The notes under the pieces: model-generated | What the model saw: only the letters and a program-made list of their open reading frames with translations | What the model was told of the DNA's origin: nothing | Database searches by the model: none | NCBI GenBank assembly: GCA_022763805.1 | Contig: JALERC010000079.1 | Coordinates: 12,620 to 76,619 of the forward strand | Reading direction: 5' to 3' | From: Mycoplasmatota bacterium | GTDB lineage: Bacteria > Bacillota_I > Bacilli_A > RF39 > UBA660 | Length of the DNA stretch: 64,000 bases | Made by a program: the position numbers and the translations under genes | Shown: positions 20,830 to 31,433 of the stretch, in pieces | Position numbering within the stretch: position 1 is the first letter of the stretch | Layout of the letters: the number at the start of each line of letters is the position of its first letter

Positions 20830-21369
20830 TTATTTTTTAAATGGCATACCAAAACCTTTTAAAAGATCGTACGCTTCTTCATTTGTTTTAGCAGTTGTTA
20901 CCATAACGATATCCATACCACGTACTTTAACAACATTATCATATTCAATTTCTGAGAAAATTAATTGTTCTGTTAAACCTAAAGTGTAATTTCCACGTCC
21001 ATCAAAAGCTTTATTTGAAACACCACGGAAATCTCTTACACGAGGTAATGTAATACTAATTAATTTATCTAAGAAATTGTACATGTTTTCACCACGTAAT
21101 GTTACTTTGCATCCGATTGCTTGTCCTTCTCTAACTTTGAATCCAGCAATAGCTTTTTTAGCTTTAGTTGCAACAGGTTTTTGACCAGTAATGATTTCTA
21201 AATCTTTCATTGCTGCATCTAATAATTTACTATTAGTTGTTGCATCACCAACACCCATATTTACAACGATTTTTTCTAATTTAGGTACTTCCATAACACT
21301 AGCATAGTTATATTTTTCTCTTAAACTTGGTACAATTTCATTATTATATTTTTCTTTTAGGCGGTTCAT
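20830..21369 (-). CDS. rplE: 50S ribosomal protein L5
   Basis: Conserved. Confidence 0.95.
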   Translation of the reverse strand: MNRLKEKYNNEIVPSLREKYNYASVMEVPKLEKIVVNMGVGDATTNSKLLDAAMKDLEIITGQKPVATKAKKAIAGFKVREGQAIGCKVTLRGENMYNFLDKLISITLPRVRDFRGVSNKAFDGRGNYTLGLTEQLIFSEIEYDNVVKVRGMDIVMVTTAKTNEEAYDLLKGFGMPFKK

Positions 21370-21386
21370 AATTACCCTCCTTCCAA

Positions 21387-21695
21387 TTAATCGATTGTAG
21401 AGTTAGACTTTTTAGCTACTCTAACCTTTTTACCATCTTTATTTATAACATGTCCAATTCTGCTTGGTTTTCCTGTTTTTGGATCTACTATCATAGCATT
21501 AGAAGCATTAATTGGGGCTTCCATTTCTACGATACTTCCTGCAGTTTGTCCATTACCTTTATTATGTTTTTTAACAACATTTACTCCTTCAATAACGATT
21601 TTATTTTCGTTACGAAGAACTTTAGTAATTTTACCTTCTTTGCCTTTATCTTTTCCAGCAATTACTACTACTTTATCTCCAGTTTTAAAGTTCAT
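21387..21695 (-). CDS. rplX: 50S ribosomal protein L24 (start moved to [11 protein letters not shown], preceded by GGAGG)
   Basis: KOW-motif protein. Internal ATG at 21695 has a GGAGGT SD 7 nt upstream. The ORF-track start at 21710 overlaps rplN. Confidence 0.9.
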   Translation of the reverse strand: MNFKTGDKVVVIAGKDKGKEGKITKVLRNENKIVIEGVNVVKKHNKGNGQTAGSIVEMEAPINASNAMIVDPKTGKPSRIGHVINKDGKKVRVAKKSNSTID

Positions 21696-21710
21696 AAACT
21701 TACCTCCCAA

Positions 21711-22079
21711 CTATAACACTTCTTTAGCAAGTGATATAATTTTCATAAAATCTTTGTCACGTAATTCACGTGCGATTGGTCCGAATACACGAGTTCCAAC
21801 TGGACTCTTATCATCTTTAATAATAACGCAAGCATTATCATCAAACTTAATATAAGATCCATCTTCTCTTCTTAGACCAAATTTGCTTCTAACTATTACA
21901 GCTTTAACAACTTTTCCTTTTGCTACAGTACCATTAGGAGTTGCTTTCTTAATAGTTCCAACAACTATATCACCAATATTACCAGTTTTAACTTTACTTC
22001 CACCAAGCACTCTTATAACTGAAAGTTCACGAGCACCTGAATTATCTGCTACTTTTAAACGGCTTTCTTGTTGAATCAT
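21711..22079 (-). CDS. rplN: 50S ribosomal protein L14
   Basis: [16 protein letters not shown]...; conserved. Confidence 0.95.
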   Translation of the reverse strand: MIQQESRLKVADNSGARELSVIRVLGGSKVKTGNIGDIVVGTIKKATPNGTVAKGKVVKAVIVRSKFGLRREDGSYIKFDDNACVIIKDDKSPVGTRVFGPIARELRDKDFMKIISLAKEVL

Positions 22080-22146
22080 ATATTAATCCTCCTTTTAGCT
22101 TTTTTTATATATAAGCTTTATTAGCTTTTAATTAATAAGCTTGCAA

Positions 22147-22401
22147 TTATAAAATTATTGCTTCTTCTACTACTTCAACTAAACGGAAATGTTTTGTTTT
22201 TGATAATGGTCTAGTTTCCACTATACGTACTTTATCTCCAACTTTAGCGATGTTTTTTTCATCATGAGCAGCATATTTTTTAGAATATTTAATACGTTTT
22301 CCATATAAACGATCTTTTTTATGAGTTTCAACTAAAACAGTAATTGTTTTGTCGTTAGATGCGCTTATAACTTTTCCTACAAATTCTTGTTTTCTTTCCA
22401 T
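22147..22401 (-). CDS. rpsQ: 30S ribosomal protein S17
   Basis: Conserved. Confidence 0.95.
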   Translation of the reverse strand: MERKQEFVGKVISASNDKTITVLVETHKKDRLYGKRIKYSKKYAAHDEKNIAKVGDKVRIVETRPLSKTKHFRLVEVVEEAIIL

Positions 22402-22411
22402 AATATTCCTC

Positions 22412-22618
22412 CTAGTTATTTAATTCTCTTTCACGTAAAATTGTTTTCATACGTGCAACTAGTTTTCTTAATTCTTTAATGCGAGCAGGATTTTCTAAAC
22501 TTCCTGTAGCTTGACTAAAACGTAAATTAAATAATTCTTCTTTATATTCTTCAATTTTTTTGGTGATTTCTTCGTTTGTTAAATCTCTAATTTCTTTATT
22601 ATTCACAAGCTTCACCAC
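22412..22618 (-). CDS. rpmC: 50S ribosomal protein L29
   Basis: Conserved. Confidence 0.9.
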   Translation of the reverse strand: MVKLVNNKEIRDLTNEEITKKIEEYKEELFNLRFSQATGSLENPARIKELRKLVARMKTILRERELNN

Positions 22619-23027
22619 TTTCTTTTTTTACAAATTTACATTTGATTGGTAATTTATGCATAGCAAGTCTTAACGCTTCGCGAGCAACTGCTTCATCTAC
22701 ACCATCTATTTCAAACATAATTTTTCCTTTTTTAACAACGGCAACCCATTTTTCTGGTTGACCTTTACCTTTACCCATACGAGTTTCTAAAGGAATTTTA
22801 GTTAATGATAAGTGAGGGAAAATATTAATCCATACTTTACCACCACGTTTCATATAACGAGTCATAGCAACACGTGCTGATTCGATTTGATTTTGAGTGA
22901 TCCAAGCACCTTCCATAGCCATTAATCCGTATGAACCAAAGTGTAATTCAGTATTACCTTTAGCTACACCATCATAACGTAAACGGTGTGGACGACGGTA
23001 TTTAGTTCTTTTTGGAATTACTGCCAT
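22599..23027 (-). CDS. rplP: 50S ribosomal protein L16 (start moved to [12 protein letters not shown])
   Basis: Canonical L16 N-terminus at the internal Met. The ORF-track extension (177 aa) lies inside rpsC. Confidence 0.9.
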   Translation of the reverse strand: MAVIPKRTKYRRPHRLRYDGVAKGNTELHFGSYGLMAMEGAWITQNQIESARVAMTRYMKRGGKVWINIFPHLSLTKIPLETRMGKGKGQPEKWVAVVKKGKIMFEIDGVDEAVAREALRLAMHKLPIKCKFVKKESGEACE

Positions 23028-23682
23028 CGCTATTACCTCCCTTGTTTTTCTTTTCAGGAAGAATTTCACCTTTATAAATCCATACTTTAACACCGATTTT
23101 TCCGTATGTAGTATCAGCTTCTTTGTGAGCATAATCTATATCTGCTCTTAAAGTATGTAATGGAGTATTACCTTCAGTATAACCTTCAGTTCTTGCCATA
23201 TCAGCTCCACCTAAACGTCCAGATACTGCAGTTTTAATTCCTTTTGCTCCAGCTTTCATAGCATTTCTAATAGCTCTTTTTTGTGCAATTCTAAATGAAA
23301 CACGGTTTTCAATTTGACGAGCAATGTTTTCTGCTACTAATGCTGCATTTATATCAGGATTTTTAACTTCCATAATAGAAATTTGTACATTTTCTTTTAC
23401 TAATTTTGATAATTCTTTAGTTAATTTTTCAACTTCACTTCCGCTGTGTCCCATAACAACACCTGGTTTAGCAGTGTTGATAATAACATTTGTTTTTTCA
23501 GCGTTTCTTTCAATAAGAATACTTGAAACTGCTGCGTCTTTTAATTTCTTTTCTAAGAATCTACGGATTTGTACGTCATTATTTAAATATTTAGCAAAAT
23601 CTTTATTTCCTGCGTACCATTTAGATTCCCAATCTTTATTAATACCGATTCTAAGTCCGACTGGACTAACTTTTTGACCCAT
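23002..23682 (-). CDS. rpsC: 30S ribosomal protein S3
   Basis: KH domain sequence, conserved. The C-terminal Lys/Asn/Gly tail overlaps the rplP start by ~26 nt. Confidence 0.95.
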   Translation of the reverse strand: MGQKVSPVGLRIGINKDWESKWYAGNKDFAKYLNNDVQIRRFLEKKLKDAAVSSILIERNAEKTNVIINTAKPGVVMGHSGSEVEKLTKELSKLVKENVQISIMEVKNPDINAALVAENIARQIENRVSFRIAQKRAIRNAMKAGAKGIKTAVSGRLGGADMARTEGYTEGNTPLHTLRADIDYAHKEADTTYGKIGVKVWIYKGEILPEKKNKGGNSDGSNSKKN

Positions 23683-23699
23683 CAGTTTACCTCCTTTGC

Positions 23700-24035
23700 T
23701 TAATTTTTTTCGCTTACAACAACTGTGATATGGCTAGTTCTTTTCTTAATTGGATCTACGTGACCACGAGAACCCATTCTAGCTCTTTTCATAGTTTGTC
23801 CTTCATTAACGTAAATTTCTTTAACGTATAAATTATTTTTATCTAAACCTAAATTATTTTCTGCGTTAGCTACTGCTGAAGTTAATACTTTTCTTGTTAT
23901 TCTAGCAGCTTCTTTGTTTAGGTTTGCTAATATTTTATCTGCTTCGATAACGCTTTTGTTACGAACTAAATCTACAACTAAGCGTGCTTTACGAGGCGCA
24001 ATTCTAACTGTTTTTGCAATTGCTCTTGCTTCCAT
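23700..24035 (-). CDS. rplV: 50S ribosomal protein L22
   Basis: Conserved. Confidence 0.95.
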   Translation of the reverse strand: MEARAIAKTVRIAPRKARLVVDLVRNKSVIEADKILANLNKEAARITRKVLTSAVANAENNLGLDKNNLYVKEIYVNEGQTMKRARMGSRGHVDPIKKRTSHITVVVSEKN

Positions 24036-24060
24036 TTTAGTCCTCCTCCCTGGTAACTAA

Positions 24061-24333
24061 CTATTTCTTTTTCTTGTCTTCGCCGTGTCCTCCGAACTTA
24101 CGAGTTGGAACAAATTCACCTAATTTATGTCCAACCATATCTTCTGTTACATATACTGGAATAAAATCTTTTCCATTATGAACAGCAAATGTAAGTCCTA
24201 TAAAGTTAGGATATATTGTAGAACGACGAGACCATGTTTTAATAACTTCTTTTCTCTCAGATCCATTAGCAACTTCTACTTTTTTTGCTAAATGTTCATC
24301 GATAAAAGGTCCTTTTTTTAAACTTCTTGCCAT
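24061..24333 (-). CDS. rpsS: 30S ribosomal protein S19
   Basis: Conserved. Confidence 0.95.
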   Translation of the reverse strand: MARSLKKGPFIDEHLAKKVEVANGSERKEVIKTWSRRSTIYPNFIGLTFAVHNGKDFIPVYVTEDMVGHKLGEFVPTRKFGGHGEDKKKK

Positions 24334-24349
24334 TTAAACCATCCTTTCA

Positions 24350-25180
24350 CTATTTTTTACGACGACGTACAATTAACTTATCTGAAGCTTTATTGTTTTT
24401 ACGTGTTTTGGCACCAAGTGCTGGTTTACCCCATGGAGTAACAGGTCCTTTACGTCCGATTGGTGTACGTCCTTCACCACCACCGTGTGGGTGATCGTTA
24501 GGGTTCATAACAGAACCACGAACTGTAGGTCTAATACCCATATGTCTTTTACGACCAGCTTTACCAACTTTAACTAATTCGTGATCAGCATTTCCTACTT
24601 CTCCGATAGTTGCTCTGCAAGTACTTAATACTTTTCTTACTTCACCACTTGCTAAACGAAGTAATGTATATTTTCCTTCACGTCCTAGGATTTGTACTGA
24701 TGAACCAGCTGAACGAGCCATTTGACCACCTTTACCAGCTTTTAATTCAACATTGTGAACCATAGTACCTTCTGGAATACAACTTAATGGTAGACAGTTA
24801 CCAACTTTGATATCTGCTTTTTCTCCACTTTCAATTTTGTCTCCAACTTTTAATCCTTTTGGAGCTAATATGTATGCTTTTTCTCCATCAGCATAACTTA
24901 ATAAAGCAATGTTAGCAGTTCTGTTTGGATCGTATTCAATAGCAGTTACTGTAGCAATAATACCATCTTTTTGTCTTCTGAAGTCAATAATACGATATTT
25001 TCTTTTTGCTCCACCACCACGGTGTCTTACAGTGATTCTACCTTGGTTATTACGTCCACCATTTTTCTTTAATGTTACAACTAATGATTTTTCTGGAGTT
25101 GTTTTAGTTACTTCATCATTGATTAAAGTAGACATTCCACGTTGTCCATTAGTCATAGGCTTGTATGTTTTTATTGCCAT
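24350..25180 (-). CDS. rplB: 50S ribosomal protein L2 (start moved to [23 protein letters not shown] 7 nt upstream)
   Basis: Canonical L2 N-terminus; conserved throughout. Confidence 0.95.
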   Translation of the reverse strand: MAIKTYKPMTNGQRGMSTLINDEVTKTTPEKSLVVTLKKNGGRNNQGRITVRHRGGGAKRKYRIIDFRRQKDGIIATVTAIEYDPNRTANIALLSYADGEKAYILAPKGLKVGDKIESGEKADIKVGNCLPLSCIPEGTMVHNVELKAGKGGQMARSAGSSVQILGREGKYTLLRLASGEVRKVLSTCRATIGEVGNADHELVKVGKAGRKRHMGIRPTVRGSVMNPNDHPHGGGEGRTPIGRKGPVTPWGKPALGAKTRKNNKASDKLIVRRRKK

Positions 25181-25201
25181 GATATATCCTCCTAACAATT
25201 A

Positions 25202-25480
25202 TTAAAGTTCAATTGAACTTCCTTCTTGTAATTTAACATATGCTTTTTTAACTTTATTTGTTTTTCCAACATAACGTCCAACTCTTTTTTTCTTAGGTTT
25301 AACGTTAACTGTGTTAACATTTTCAACTTTAACATTGAAAATTGCTTCAATAGCTTGTTTGATTTGAGTTTTATTAGCTTTTGTATCAACACTGAATACA
25401 TAAGTTCTGTTATTTTGAGCAGCATCTGCAGTTTTTTCAGTGATGATTGGCGCTTTAATAATATCTCTATAGTTATTCAT
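25202..25480 (-). CDS. rplW: 50S ribosomal protein L23
   Basis: Conserved. Confidence 0.95.
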   Translation of the reverse strand: MNNYRDIIKAPIITEKTADAAQNNRTYVFSVDTKANKTQIKQAIEAIFNVKVENVNTVNVKPKKKRVGRYVGKTNKVKKAYVKLQEGSSIEL

Positions 25481-26103
25481 TAAACAAGCACCTCCTCAAT
25501 AGCTTTAACAGCTTTTTCAGTAATAATCATATTATCAGCAGCGATTACATCATAAGTATTAATTTCACTAGCTTCTAATAATACAACGTTATTTAAATTT
25601 CTAGTAGCTAAAATTACATTATCATTTAATTCGTCAACTACTAATAATACTTTTTTATTTGCTTTTAAATTATTTAATGCAACTTTTGCATCTTTTGTTT
25701 TTCCAGTTTCTAAATCGAAGTTATCAACAACGATCATTTCACTTTCAATAACTTTATAAGATAAAGCAGATTTTAATGCTAATCTTCTTTCTTTTCTGTT
25801 CATTTTTTTAGCATAACTTCTTGGATGTGGTCCAAATACGATACCACCTTTAATCCAATGTGGTGCTCTTGTACTACCTTGACGTGCACGGCCAGTACCT
25901 TTTTGTCTCCAAGGTTTTTTACCTCCACCACTAACTTCTGAACGAGTTTTAGTGTCAGCAGTTCCTTGTCTTGCATTATTGCGTGCTAATGTTAATGCAT
26001 CATATAAAACAGCATCATTTGGTTCAATTCCCCAAACGTTTTCGTTTAAAGTAATATCTCCTACTTTTTCACCTTTAATATTTAATACAGATAATTTATT
26101 CAT
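25480..26103 (-). CDS. rplD: 50S ribosomal protein L4
   Basis: Conserved. Confidence 0.95.
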   Translation of the reverse strand: MNKLSVLNIKGEKVGDITLNENVWGIEPNDAVLYDALTLARNNARQGTADTKTRSEVSGGGKKPWRQKGTGRARQGSTRAPHWIKGGIVFGPHPRSYAKKMNRKERRLALKSALSYKVIESEMIVVDNFDLETGKTKDAKVALNNLKANKKVLLVVDELNDNVILATRNLNNVVLLEASEINTYDVIAADNMIITEKAVKAIEEVLV

Positions 26104-26121
26104 ATTAAGTTATCCTCCTTA

Positions 26122-26850
26122 TTAGTTTTCTTCTACAGTAGTAGTTTCAACTTCTGGTGTTTCTACAGGAGTTTCTACAGCAGTTTCATAAGAAACTAAT
26201 TCTTCTGCTTCATTTACTTTTCCACAATTTTTAACAGCTGTTCTAATCATAACTAATGATTTTTTAGGTCCTGGTACATTACCTTTAACTAAGATAACTC
26301 CATTTTCTAAATCTGTTGCAACAACTTCTAAGTTTTGAATTGTAACAGTTAATGTTCCCATATGACCTGGTAATTTTTTTCCTTTAAAAACACGCATTGG
26401 TCTCATAGTTCCCATACTTCCTGGTCTTCTATGATAATGTGATCCGTGACCCATAGGACCACGACTTTGTCCATGACGTTTAATAACACCTTGGAATCCA
26501 TGTCCTTTAGTGATTCCTGTAACGTCAATCATTTCTCCGGCTTCAAAAACATCGGCATGTAATTCTTGCCCTAATTCATATTGAGCAATATCTACACCTC
26601 TGATTTCTTTAAAGAAGCGCTTAGGTGCAGTTTTAGCTTTATTAGTATGTCCAATAGAAGCTTTAGTAGCTGCTTTTTCTTTTTTGTCACTAAATCCTAA
26701 TTGAATAGCTTCATAACCATCATTTTCAATTGTTTTAATTTGTGTTACAACATTAGTACCAACTTCAATAACAGTAACAGGAACTAATTTTCCAGATTTA
26801 GTAAATACTTGAGTCATTCCAATTTTACGACCTAAGATTCCTTTTACCAT
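26122..26850 (-). CDS. rplC: 50S ribosomal protein L3 with an acidic low-complexity C-terminal tail ([21 protein letters not shown])
   Basis: Conserved L3 core plus ~22-aa E/T/P/V tail. Confidence 0.95.
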   Translation of the reverse strand: MVKGILGRKIGMTQVFTKSGKLVPVTVIEVGTNVVTQIKTIENDGYEAIQLGFSDKKEKAATKASIGHTNKAKTAPKRFFKEIRGVDIAQYELGQELHADVFEAGEMIDVTGITKGHGFQGVIKRHGQSRGPMGHGSHYHRRPGSMGTMRPMRVFKGKKLPGHMGTLTVTIQNLEVVATDLENGVILVKGNVPGPKKSLVMIRTAVKNCGKVNEAEELVSYETAVETPVETPEVETTTVEEN

Positions 26851-26867
26851 AATTTCTTTCCTCCTAA

Positions 26868-27176
26868 TTAGTATTTGATTTGAATATCAACACCACTTGG
26901 AATTTCAAGATGAGTTAATGCATCTATAGTTTCCTTGCTTGGGTTTGTGATATCAATAAGTCTTTTATGTGTTCTTTTTTCAAATTGTTCACGTGAATCT
27001 TTGTTTATGTGAACAGCTCTTAAGATAGTGATTTTTTCAACTTCTGTTGGTAATGGTACAGGACCACTTACTTGACCACCAGTTCTTTTAACTGTTTCAA
27101 CAATCTTTGCACATGCATTATCTAAACTTTTATGTTCAAAAGCTTTTAATTTGATACGAACTTTAGTTTTAGACAT
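26868..27176 (-). CDS. rpsJ: 30S ribosomal protein S10
   Basis: Conserved; first gene of the S10 operon. Confidence 0.95.
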   Translation of the reverse strand: MSKTKVRIKLKAFEHKSLDNACAKIVETVKRTGGQVSGPVPLPTEVEKITILRAVHINKDSREQFEKRTHKRLIDITNPSKETIDALTHLEIPSGVDIQIKY

Positions 27177-27309
27177 ATGGTATCCTCCTTTCGTTTATAT
27201 CCAGTATAAACTTGCTCCGTGTAAAAACCCGATAATAGATTTAGTTTATTTTACAACTTAACCTGGTGTTTCGGCAACCTTACACATCTACGCATGCCAC
27301 ACATACAAA

Positions 27310-27338
27310 AGTATACTAGAAAAACAAGAGAAAATCAA
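27310..27338 (-). promoter_or_regulatory. Sigma-A-type promoter of the S10 operon: -35 TTGATT, 17-nt spacer, -10 TATACT; ~130-nt leader follows
   Basis: Reverse-complement reading of 27310-27338 gives TTGATT-N17-TATACT. Confidence 0.5.
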
Positions 27339-27353
27339 GCCTTTTTTATAAAA

Positions 27354-27386
27354 ATTGCAAAAAATATCATAAGTGTGTTAAAATTA
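27354..27386 (+). promoter_or_regulatory. gpsA promoter: TTGCAA -35 and extended -10 TGTTAAAAT; RBS AAGAGG before ATG 27415
   Basis: Read directly from sequence; divergent from the S10 promoter. Confidence 0.4.
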
Positions 27387-27414
27387 TATTGTGATTGCAA
27401 GAAAAGAGGTAAAT

Positions 27415-28392
27415 ATGAAAGTAACAATATTAGGATCTGGTGCATATGGTATAGCATTAGCATTAATGTTAAATGAAAACAAATGTGAAATTACTATGTG
27501 GGAAAGATTTGATGACAAAGCACAAGAACTTATTAAAACAAGAGAAAACAAAAAAGTACTACCAGGAGTTAAAATACCTGAAAATATTAAAATTACAAGT
27601 GATCTAGAAGAAAGCATGAAAAATAGTGAATTAATAATTATTGCTATTCCAGCAGGATTTGTAGATGAAGTATCAGTTAAAATGAAAAATTATATTACGA
27701 AAGAACAACATATATGTATAGCAAGTAAAGGTATCGAACAAGATACATGTTTATTTGTTGATGATGTTGTAAAAAAATATATTAAAACAAGAAGAATAGC
27801 TGTTATATCTGGACCATCATTTGCAATAGACATTGCTAAATATGTCCCAATTGGATTAACATTATCTTCTAAGAATAAACAAACTATTAAAGTTTGTAAA
27901 AAAGCGCTTGAAAATAGAAATCTAAAATTAAGAGAGAATAACGATATTATAGGTACAGAAATATGTGGTTCGATAAAAAATGTTATAGCAATTGCATCTG
28001 GAATGATTGATGGAATGGGACTTCCTGAATCAACACAAGCAATGTTTATTACCGAATCATTACATGATATTAAAGAATTAATCAAAGCATTAGGTGGAGA
28101 TGGAAAAACAATCCTATCATTTGCAGGATTTGGTGATTTATTATTAACATGCACTAGTACTAAAAGTAGAAATTTTAGATTTGGTAAACTTATAGGCGAA
28201 AAAAAATCAAAAGAAGAAATTAATGAATTTATAAATTCTACTACAATTGAAGGTTTATATACATTGAAATCTATTCATAAATTAATAAAAAATAAAAAAG
28301 TTGATATTCCTATTATAGATTTAATATATGATATTGTATTTAATGATGAAAACCCTGACGAAATAAAAAGATTTTTAATAAAAAAACAATAA
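27415..28392 (+). CDS. gpsA: NAD(P)H-dependent glycerol-3-phosphate dehydrogenase
   Basis: MKVTILGSGAYGIALALML Rossmann N-terminus and conserved GpsA core. Start placed at the SD-supported ATG. Confidence 0.9.
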   Translation: MKVTILGSGAYGIALALMLNENKCEITMWERFDDKAQELIKTRENKKVLPGVKIPENIKITSDLEESMKNSELIIIAIPAGFVDEVSVKMKNYITKEQHICIASKGIEQDTCLFVDDVVKKYIKTRRIAVISGPSFAIDIAKYVPIGLTLSSKNKQTIKVCKKALENRNLKLRENNDIIGTEICGSIKNVIAIASGMIDGMGLPESTQAMFITESLHDIKELIKALGGDGKTILSFAGFGDLLLTCTSTKSRNFRFGKLIGEKKSKEEINEFINSTTIEGLYTLKSIHKLIKNKKVDIPIIDLIYDIVFNDENPDEIKRFLIKKQ

Positions 28393-28396
28393 AAAA

Positions 28397-28423
28397 AAAT
28401 TAGGATTATTTCCTAATTTTTTT
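28397..28423. terminator. Bidirectional intrinsic terminator: 9-bp stem AAATTAGGA/TCCTAATTT, loop TTATT, A-run 5' and T-run 3'
   Basis: Perfect inverted repeat between convergent gpsA (+) and the 88-aa gene (-). Confidence 0.8.
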
Positions 28424-28688
28424 ATTGCTCATAATCATTTTTAAACATAGGTAAAAAAATGTTTGCTAAATATTGTTTTGTCTCTGCATCTTCTATTGTT
28501 TCTATTCCAAACTTTCTAGTTGGTAATACAATAACTTTTGCATACTTAACATTTTCTGATAAATCACCATTTGATAAATTTTCTACTAACATTAGATAGT
28601 AAATGTTTTTTTCTTCATAAGTTTCACAAACTGTATATGACTTTCCATCTGTCAAATTTAAGATATCTAATTTTTCTATGAAATTCAT
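28422..28688 (-). CDS. Small acidic protein, DUF1292 (UPF0473/YrzB)-like
   Basis: 88 aa. LNLTDGKSYTV...YYLMLV...IETIEDAETKQYLANIF resembles the DUF1292 pattern. Start overlaps the upstream stop (ATGA). Confidence 0.4.
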   Translation of the reverse strand: MNFIEKLDILNLTDGKSYTVCETYEEKNIYYLMLVENLSNGDLSENVKYAKVIVLPTRKFGIETIEDAETKQYLANIFLPMFKNDYEQ

Positions 28689-30619
28689 AGTGATCTACCT
28701 CCCATTTCTTGTTGAAGTTCTTGAACTTTAGTGACATCGTTAATATTCCAGAAACCTTCAGCTTGATTATTTTCACCAGTTAGACAAGCACTAATTTCTC
28801 CTCCTTGATCAACAAGTTTTTGAATACTGTTATCATCTTGGACAAATTTAAATGATCCATCTGGCATTTTAATAGTAACACCAATAATATCTCTTTCTAA
28901 ACTTCTTTCATGAATAGGTGTATATGGATTTGTTCTATTTACAGCATCATACTGATTATTATATATATCAGCACCTTCATTTACAGTAATTTTATCACCC
29001 ATAGATATTTGAGAATAGATTTCATTTTTTAACATACCATCATCTAATTCATTTCCGTGTGTCATATCTTCTATAGTTGTTTCTATTTCTTGATTAGTAG
29101 GTTCAGGTATACTATTTGACAAGTTATTAATTAATGGTGAGGCAGCTAGTGTAACAGTAATAGCGGCAATAACTGCTGCAGCAACTTTTTTAATTTTATT
29201 TTTTACATCTTCTTTTTTAAGTTTAGAACGTACCATTGAAACTATTCCTAATTGTTGTGGAGCGTTATTAACCTCATTTATTTCTTCATTATTCGAAATT
29301 TCATTATTATTGTTTACATTTTGTTCGTTTGATAATTCATGATAGAATGAAGCTTCTTCAATTTTAACATCAGGAACTTGTTCTAAAATATTTTTAACAT
29401 TGCTATTTACATATTCTTTTCTGCATTGTAAAGAACTTCTTATAGATTTATATTGAGCTAACCTGTTAGAATCTAATCTCATTTGAGATTTATCTATCTC
29501 TTCACTATAAGCTCTTTTTTTCATTCTTTCCACCATATCATGATGTTTTGAATAATCACCTACTAGTTCTTTTCCATCAGAAATAATTCTATTTAATTCT
29601 AATAATCTATTTTCTAATTCTACTCTTTCCTCTGATGTAATATTAACATCGCATAATTGATCAAGAACAACATTTCTATCTTCTATATATAGATTAGTAA
29701 TCTCATTATAATCATTTCTAAAATCTTCTAATTCTTTATATCTTTCTAATTTTTCAATTCTTTCTATTCTATTTCTTAAATTTTCTTTTGTTGTTTCTTT
29801 ATATTGGTAATTATTAGGGTCTTTTAATTTTTCTTCTAAATCATTTATTAAATTATCATATTTCTCAATTTCTTCATTTCTTTTTATTTCATCTAAATCA
29901 TTATAATTAGAAAATAATCTTTTTTTATAAATATTTAAATCTATTAATGCATCATCAATTGATAAAGATCCATTTTGTAATTCACTAATCATTCCATTTA
30001 GTTGTGATTCAAAATTTAATTTTAATAATTGTCTAGATTCTCTTCTTGTACCTATTTTAATTAATAATTCCTCATAATCTTTGTCGTATTTATTAACTTC
30101 ATTTTCAAAAAATTTAATTTTCTTTTCTTCACTACTAGCGTTATCTAAGAAACCTTGATGTATATCTATTTCTTCTGATAAATTGTTTAGTTGATCATTA
30201 TTGGTTTTAATTTTATTATTATTGTTTTCTATAATTCTTGAATTAATATCAAATTCATCAAGGATACGTTCATAATCATAACTATTTTTATCTAAATTAT
30301 TCATTTTTTGTTCATATTCTTTATTTAATTCTATTAATTTATTATTATCTTCAGTTAATTGATTAATTATTTCAGATATACTATTAGCTTCAGCAGATAA
30401 AATACTTATTTTTTCTCTTTTTGGTTGTAAAAATTCATCAAATCTTTTATTTAATTCTTCTTCATCAGGTTTTTTTAAATTTCTTGCTTTATTTTCAAGT
30501 TCCCTTATTTCATCACTTAAATTTTCTATTGCTTCATATCTAGCATTTTCATCCATAATCTGAAAATTAACATTATTTTTTAACTCTTGTAATAATTGTA
30601 ATAATTGTTCTTTATTCAT
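28685..30619 (-). CDS. Large coiled-coil protein with a single TM helix near residue ~490 and a ~140-aa extracellular C-terminal domain; function unknown
   Basis: 644 aa. The N-terminal ~480 aa are Asn/Glu/Lys/Leu-rich with heptad periodicity. TM KIKKVAAAVIAAITVTLAASPLI. Strong RBS (AGGAGG) and a consensus promoter upstream. Confidence 0.6.
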   Translation of the reverse strand: MNKEQLLQLLQELKNNVNFQIMDENARYEAIENLSDEIRELENKARNLKKPDEEELNKRFDEFLQPKREKISILSAEANSISEIINQLTEDNNKLIELNKEYEQKMNNLDKNSYDYERILDEFDINSRIIENNNNKIKTNNDQLNNLSEEIDIHQGFLDNASSEEKKIKFFENEVNKYDKDYEELLIKIGTRRESRQLLKLNFESQLNGMISELQNGSLSIDDALIDLNIYKKRLFSNYNDLDEIKRNEEIEKYDNLINDLEEKLKDPNNYQYKETTKENLRNRIERIEKLERYKELEDFRNDYNEITNLYIEDRNVVLDQLCDVNITSEERVELENRLLELNRIISDGKELVGDYSKHHDMVERMKKRAYSEEIDKSQMRLDSNRLAQYKSIRSSLQCRKEYVNSNVKNILEQVPDVKIEEASFYHELSNEQNVNNNNEISNNEEINEVNNAPQQLGIVSMVRSKLKKEDVKNKIKKVAAAVIAAITVTLAASPLINNLSNSIPEPTNQEIETTIEDMTHGNELDDGMLKNEIYSQISMGDKITVNEGADIYNNQYDAVNRTNPYTPIHERSLERDIIGVTIKMPDGSFKFVQDDNSIQKLVDQGGEISACLTGENNQAEGFWNINDVTKVQELQQEMGGRSL

Positions 30620-30647
30620 ATTTTCCTCCTAGTATCCTACTATAAAA

Positions 30648-30676
30648 ATAATACCATTTAAGAAAATAAATGTCAA
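30648..30676 (-). promoter_or_regulatory. Near-consensus sigma-A promoter for the 644-aa gene: -35 TTGACA, 17-nt spacer, extended -10 TGGTATTAT
   Basis: Reverse-strand reading gives TTGACAtttattttcttaaatggTATTAT, followed by taGGAGGaaaatATG. Confidence 0.6.
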
Positions 30677-30711
30677 TTAAATAAAAGAAGACGGATTTCC
30701 GTCTTCTTTTA
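30672..30711 (-). terminator. Intrinsic terminator after rpsR (stem AAAAGAAGACGG/CCGTCTTCTTTT). The hairpin includes the rpsR stop codon.
   Basis: 12-bp perfect inverted repeat at 30683-30710 followed by a U-rich tract on the minus strand. Confidence 0.8.
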
Positions 30712-30927
30712 TTTAACGAATGGAATTAAAGCCATGAAACGAGCTTTTTTAACTTCGTTAGCAATATGTCTTTGATGTTTTGAGCAAGCACCAGTAATTC
30801 TTCTTGGTAAAATTTTACCTTTATCAGCACTTACATATTTTTTTATAATATCAGCATCTTTATAATCTACTGATTTTCCAGCACACATTTGACATACTTT
30901 TTTCTTTTTTCTATAAAATTCTGCCAT
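30709..30927 (-). CDS. rpsR: 30S ribosomal protein S18
   Basis: Conserved S18 sequence. Confidence 0.95.
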   Translation of the reverse strand: MAEFYRKKKKVCQMCAGKSVDYKDADIIKKYVSADKGKILPRRITGACSKHQRHIANEVKKARFMALIPFVK

Positions 30928-30943
30928 TATTGTTCCCTCCTTA

Positions 30944-31423
30944 TTAATCTAGGAAGTTGTCATCGATTGATACACTATCACCAAAATCTGCAAAAGGATC
31001 ATCTTGTAAATCAACATTATTCATAGGAGCTGGTTCACTAAAATCCATTGATGGAGCAGGTTGTTGATAATTATTAAAGCTACTATTTTGACGAGATTGA
31101 CTTTGACTTCTTGTTTCTAAGAAATTAACTTGATCAGCAACTACTTCTGTAGTATATCTTCTTTGTCCATCTTGTCCATCGAAACTTCCTGTTTGAATTC
31201 TTCCTTCAACTGAAACTAAACTACCTTTGTCTAAATAACGACAAATATTTTCGGCTTGTTTTCTCCAAGCAACAATTGTAATAAAATCTGCTTCTCTCTC
31301 ACCTTGACTGTTACTGAAGTTACGGTTTACAGCTAAAGTAAATCTTGTTACAGCTAAATTACTATTGGTATTTCTTAATTCTGGTTTTTGAGTTAATCTT
31401 CCGATTAAACATACTCTATTCAT
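30944..31423 (-). CDS. ssb: Single-stranded DNA-binding protein
   Basis: OB-fold N-terminus [17 protein letters not shown]; Gln/Asn-rich linker; acidic DDNFLD tail. Confidence 0.9.
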   Translation of the reverse strand: MNRVCLIGRLTQKPELRNTNSNLAVTRFTLAVNRNFSNSQGEREADFITIVAWRKQAENICRYLDKGSLVSVEGRIQTGSFDGQDGQRRYTTEVVADQVNFLETRSQSQSRQNSSFNNYQQPAPSMDFSEPAPMNNVDLQDDPFADFGDSVSIDDNFLD

Positions 31424-31433
31424 AATGCACCCC

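Noticed and set aside
23324-23677. 117-aa ORF antisense to rpsC, and similar antisense/alternate-frame ORFs (6251-6454, 7086-7271, 9789-10118, 11317-11502, 12087-12287, 14563-14841, 18036-18299, 18965-19246, 19490-19753, 20031-20228, 20446-20661, 21450-21855, 21883-22074, 24909-25205, 34881-35075, 37544-37789, 38752-38964, 56566-56862, 57223-57423, 58338-58589, 58921-59139, 60023-60256)
   Set aside because: All are embedded in strongly conserved genes on the other strand or in another frame. They are short with no SD, so they are artefacts of six-frame translation.
25192-25425. 77-aa ORF overlapping rplW in a different frame; likewise 1206-1484 inside the 455-aa gene
   Set aside because: The same-strand alternative frame of a conserved gene (L23 is encoded by 25202-25480) gives a Lys/Leu-rich, composition-driven translation.
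27690-28154. 154-aa ORF antisense to gpsA (and 27384-27617 antisense to the gpsA 5' end)
   Set aside because: It lies entirely inside the well-conserved gpsA coding region on the opposite strand. Its low-complexity hydrophobic translation is typical of antisense frames in AT-rich DNA, and it has no SD.
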